DNA of 62,665 nt, counting the filler, from Dugesia japonica (Eukaryota), in assembly GCA_001938525.1 (NCBI GenBank). It is 6 parts of 6 records of this genome, joined end to end, with 100 filler letters (N's around TTAATTAATTAA, not from the genome) between each part and the next. Parts side by side here need not be neighbours in the genome. Positions count along the whole stretch, not along the records: positions 54,301 to 62,665 come from MQRL01384687.1; 5 more parts are not named here. One strand, 5' to 3'. The first letter of the stretch is position 1; each line of letters opens with the position of its first letter. A program made the position numbers and the translations under genes. Shown here in pieces: positions 61,523-62,665 of this stretch. The notes beneath the pieces were generated by a model, which was not told the origin of the DNA, made no database searches, and worked only from the letters and a program-made list of their open reading frames with translations.

Positions 61523-62665
61523 GTTACCACTCTATAAGATTAATGGTTAATATTCTAGTTCATAGTTACTAAAATCTAATTATAGTAACTCAATTTTTAA
61601 AATTTATTCCAGATTCTGATTGGCTTAATTTTTATGTGGCTTATTCCGATAGGTCGATTCATTTATTCGGTTCCTGAAAGTTTCTTGCGTTTTTAATACA
61701 GACTGCAACTTCTTATATATTTATCTGTTCTTTAAAACCCATCGAATTTCATGATTTTCTATTTGCAAAATAAAATTACACTTATACATACACTTATTTA
61801 TTTCATTAAAATAAATTATTTTTCGAATAAAATTCTGTATTTTCTGTTTCATTATTATTGGAATGAAATATATTATTATGAAAAATTCCTCGAAAATTAT
61901 TAAAAAACTAGGGATTACTTGTTAAAAATTATAGTTACTAAATAAAATTTTAGTAAATTNCATAATGGTCTAAAAAATAATAAATTTTAAGGATCACCCG
62001 TCAACAATTTTAAGAAACGAAATTGAATTAGCTTAGTAAGAAACCTTTTAAAAATAGTAAAAATATTAAATACGCTTTAAGTTTTAATTTGGCAATGTTT
62101 TAAAAGATGAACCAAAATTATAACGAGCTTAATTATTCTTTTCTTTAATTTTCCAAATAAAATGTTTAATTATTCTAAATTTATTTCGCGATTTTTGACT
62201 AAATTGGTGTTCTTGATAGATAACTTGAGAAACACACTTTGACATTCAATATACTTTCAATAGAATTATTAATTAAGCGGCGTGTAACTTAATTTATTTT
62301 ACCAAATACTAACGTTTATTTTAATTAAAAATGATGTTGGTTAAAAGTTTTTCCAAGATACTGTCTCTTTTTTTCAAGGGTACGTTTAATTTTAAAAATG
62401 TTAACTATTTCACGTACATAAGTTTTTATAATTCGATACAAAACATTTTTAAATATTTTTTTAAAAATAGCGGTCAATTTAAACTTAATTTATTTTTCCG
62501 TGACTAAGACACTTTTGTATTTTCATATCTTCAAAAACTTAAAAAACTTAATTTGTTTTATAAATTAAAATTGTAATGAAATTAACGGCCATTTAAACTT
62601 TTAATTCATACGTCTATGCAGTCTGTAATTATTTTACAAATTAATATATTTGTAGGAAATTATAT

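Overview
This is very AT-rich eukaryotic (probably invertebrate) DNA. It consists of six unrelated ~8-13 kb scaffolds joined by artificial 100-nt linkers (N44-TTAATTAATTAA-N44 at 9827, 19553, 30311, 43258 and 54201), so adjacency across linkers is not biological. I see no intact host gene; the window is almost entirely decayed mobile DNA. It contains three Polinton/Maverick-type protein-primed PolB pseudogenes (two with N-terminal C2H2 zinc fingers), three related AGTAG termini and a Polinton integrase-chromodomain + minor capsid block. It also has about seven Ty3/gypsy relics, two mariner relics, a Penelope-like RT/GIY-YIG relic followed by a minimal hammerhead-ribozyme core, MULE and non-LTR RT fragments, and hAT MITEs. 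The most unusual object is at ~35.4-43.3 kb. It looks like one ancestral ~2,600-codon polyprotein, now broken by point stops and frameshifts: Ty3-like Gag capsid, 3 CCHC knuckles, repeated VNMM motifs, up to four ubiquitin/SUMO-like domains, an AT-hook, an internal signal peptide and a chuvirus-type (gB/class III-like) glycoprotein. No RT, RNase H or integrase is recognisable between gag and env. All protein assignments come from motif recognition by eye, not database searches.
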